In this document: in pieces, positions 6,303 through 6,996 of the stretch | Numbering within the stretch: position 1 is the first letter of the stretch | Layout of the letters: the number at the start of each line of letters is the position of its first letter | Source of the DNA: Methanobacteriaceae archaeon | GTDB taxonomy: Archaea > Methanobacteriota > Methanobacteria > Methanobacteriales > Methanobacteriaceae | Assembly (NCBI GenBank): GCA_003558085.1 | Contig: PWMT01000069.1 | Location: forward strand, 1 to 6,996 | DNA: 6,996 bases | Reading direction: 5' to 3' | The notes under the pieces: model-generated | What the model was told of the DNA's origin: nothing | The model's database searches: none | Seen by the model: the letters and a program-made list of their open reading frames with translations, nothing else | Program-made: the position numbers and the translations under genes

Positions 6303-6369
6303 AATTAAAATTTAAGTATATATTATTTAATAGTGTCCTTTTTTTAAATTAGGGCAGGGAGGTGATAAA

Positions 6370-6996
6370 ATTACGCGAAAATTATTTTTGAGTCTAATAT
6401 TAATAATTGGCCTAATAACCATGCTAAGTGTAAACGGAATCTACGCAGAAGAAACCGAAAACACCTGTCAAGAACTACAAACTGCAGATATCGGAGAAAA
6501 TGAAATAGAACTCAATGCTGAAGATGAACCACTACTAAAATATGCTGCTGGTGCTGAAACAGAAAATACATTAACCTCCACTGGCAATTCCTATAGCCTA
6601 GCCCAAATGCAAGATGCCTCAAACAGAGTTAGAAATTTCATCGAAAACAATAGAAGACTACCCAACTTTGTAACCATCAACAACCAACAAGTACAAATGT
6701 CTGACTTCCTACACATGCTAAGCACAACCACCATAAACTTGGACCAATTAAATACGGGTCGAATAACCCATTATAAGGTTGCTGCTCCCACCCACAGTCT
6801 AGACCAAATTAACAGGGGAAATATTCAAAAATCAGAATATTTACAACTTGCACAAGATATCAGAAATTATATAGAAAGTAATGGGAGGGCTCCACAGTCT
6901 ATCAGTTCCAGTCAAGGCCTGATTGGTTATGAATCTCAGATTTTTCTTTATTCTCGAATTGTATCCTTCCACCAGGCAAATGGAAGATTACCTAAT
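6370..6996 (+). CDS. Secreted pseudomurein-binding repeat (PMBR) protein, N-terminal part; runs off the window
   Basis: Not in the ORF track; frame is open to the window end. Signal peptide (I)TRKLFLSLILIIGLITMLSVNGIYA, an acidic linker, then three PMBR-like repeats: YSLAQMQDASNRVRNFIENNRRLPNFVTI (6592-6678), IQKSEYLQLAQDIRNYIESNGRAPQSI (6823-6903) and IGYESQIFLYSRIVSFHQANGRLPN (6922-end). Start codon uncertain (ATT 6370, TTG 6388 or ATG 6421). Confidence 0.88.
   Translation, partial: MTRKLFLSLILIIGLITMLSVNGIYAEETENTCQELQTADIGENEIELNAEDEPLLKYAAGAETENTLTSTGNSYSLAQMQDASNRVRNFIENNRRLPNFVTINNQQVQMSDFLHMLSTTTINLDQLNTGRITHYKVAAPTHSLDQINRGNIQKSEYLQLAQDIRNYIESNGRAPQSISSSQGLIGYESQIFLYSRIVSFHQANGRLPN

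Overview
AT-rich archaeal window, most consistent with a Methanobacteriales methanogen (inferred from a pseudomurein-binding repeat protein, a methanogen-type Cys-rich peptide/radical SAM pair and archaeal BRE-TATA promoters). Minus strand, in transcription order: heliorhodopsin (3861-4685), a 53-aa twin-CxxCG peptide missing from the ORF track (3473-3634), a winged-helix regulator coupled to a small membrane protein, a 680-bp non-coding gap, a SPASM radical SAM enzyme, a coiled-coil protein, and the 5' end of a cation diffusion facilitator (also missing from the track). Plus strand: a SOUL heme-binding protein divergent from the heliorhodopsin, a hypothetical protein, and the 5' part of a secreted pseudomurein-binding repeat protein that appears to start at ATT. 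The most unusual unexplained signal is a nested set of inverted repeats at about 2412-2660. It would fold into a multibranched RNA displaying two identical Shine-Dalgarno/anti-Shine-Dalgarno loops, so it is a candidate small RNA. All family calls come from motif recognition by eye; no searches were run.
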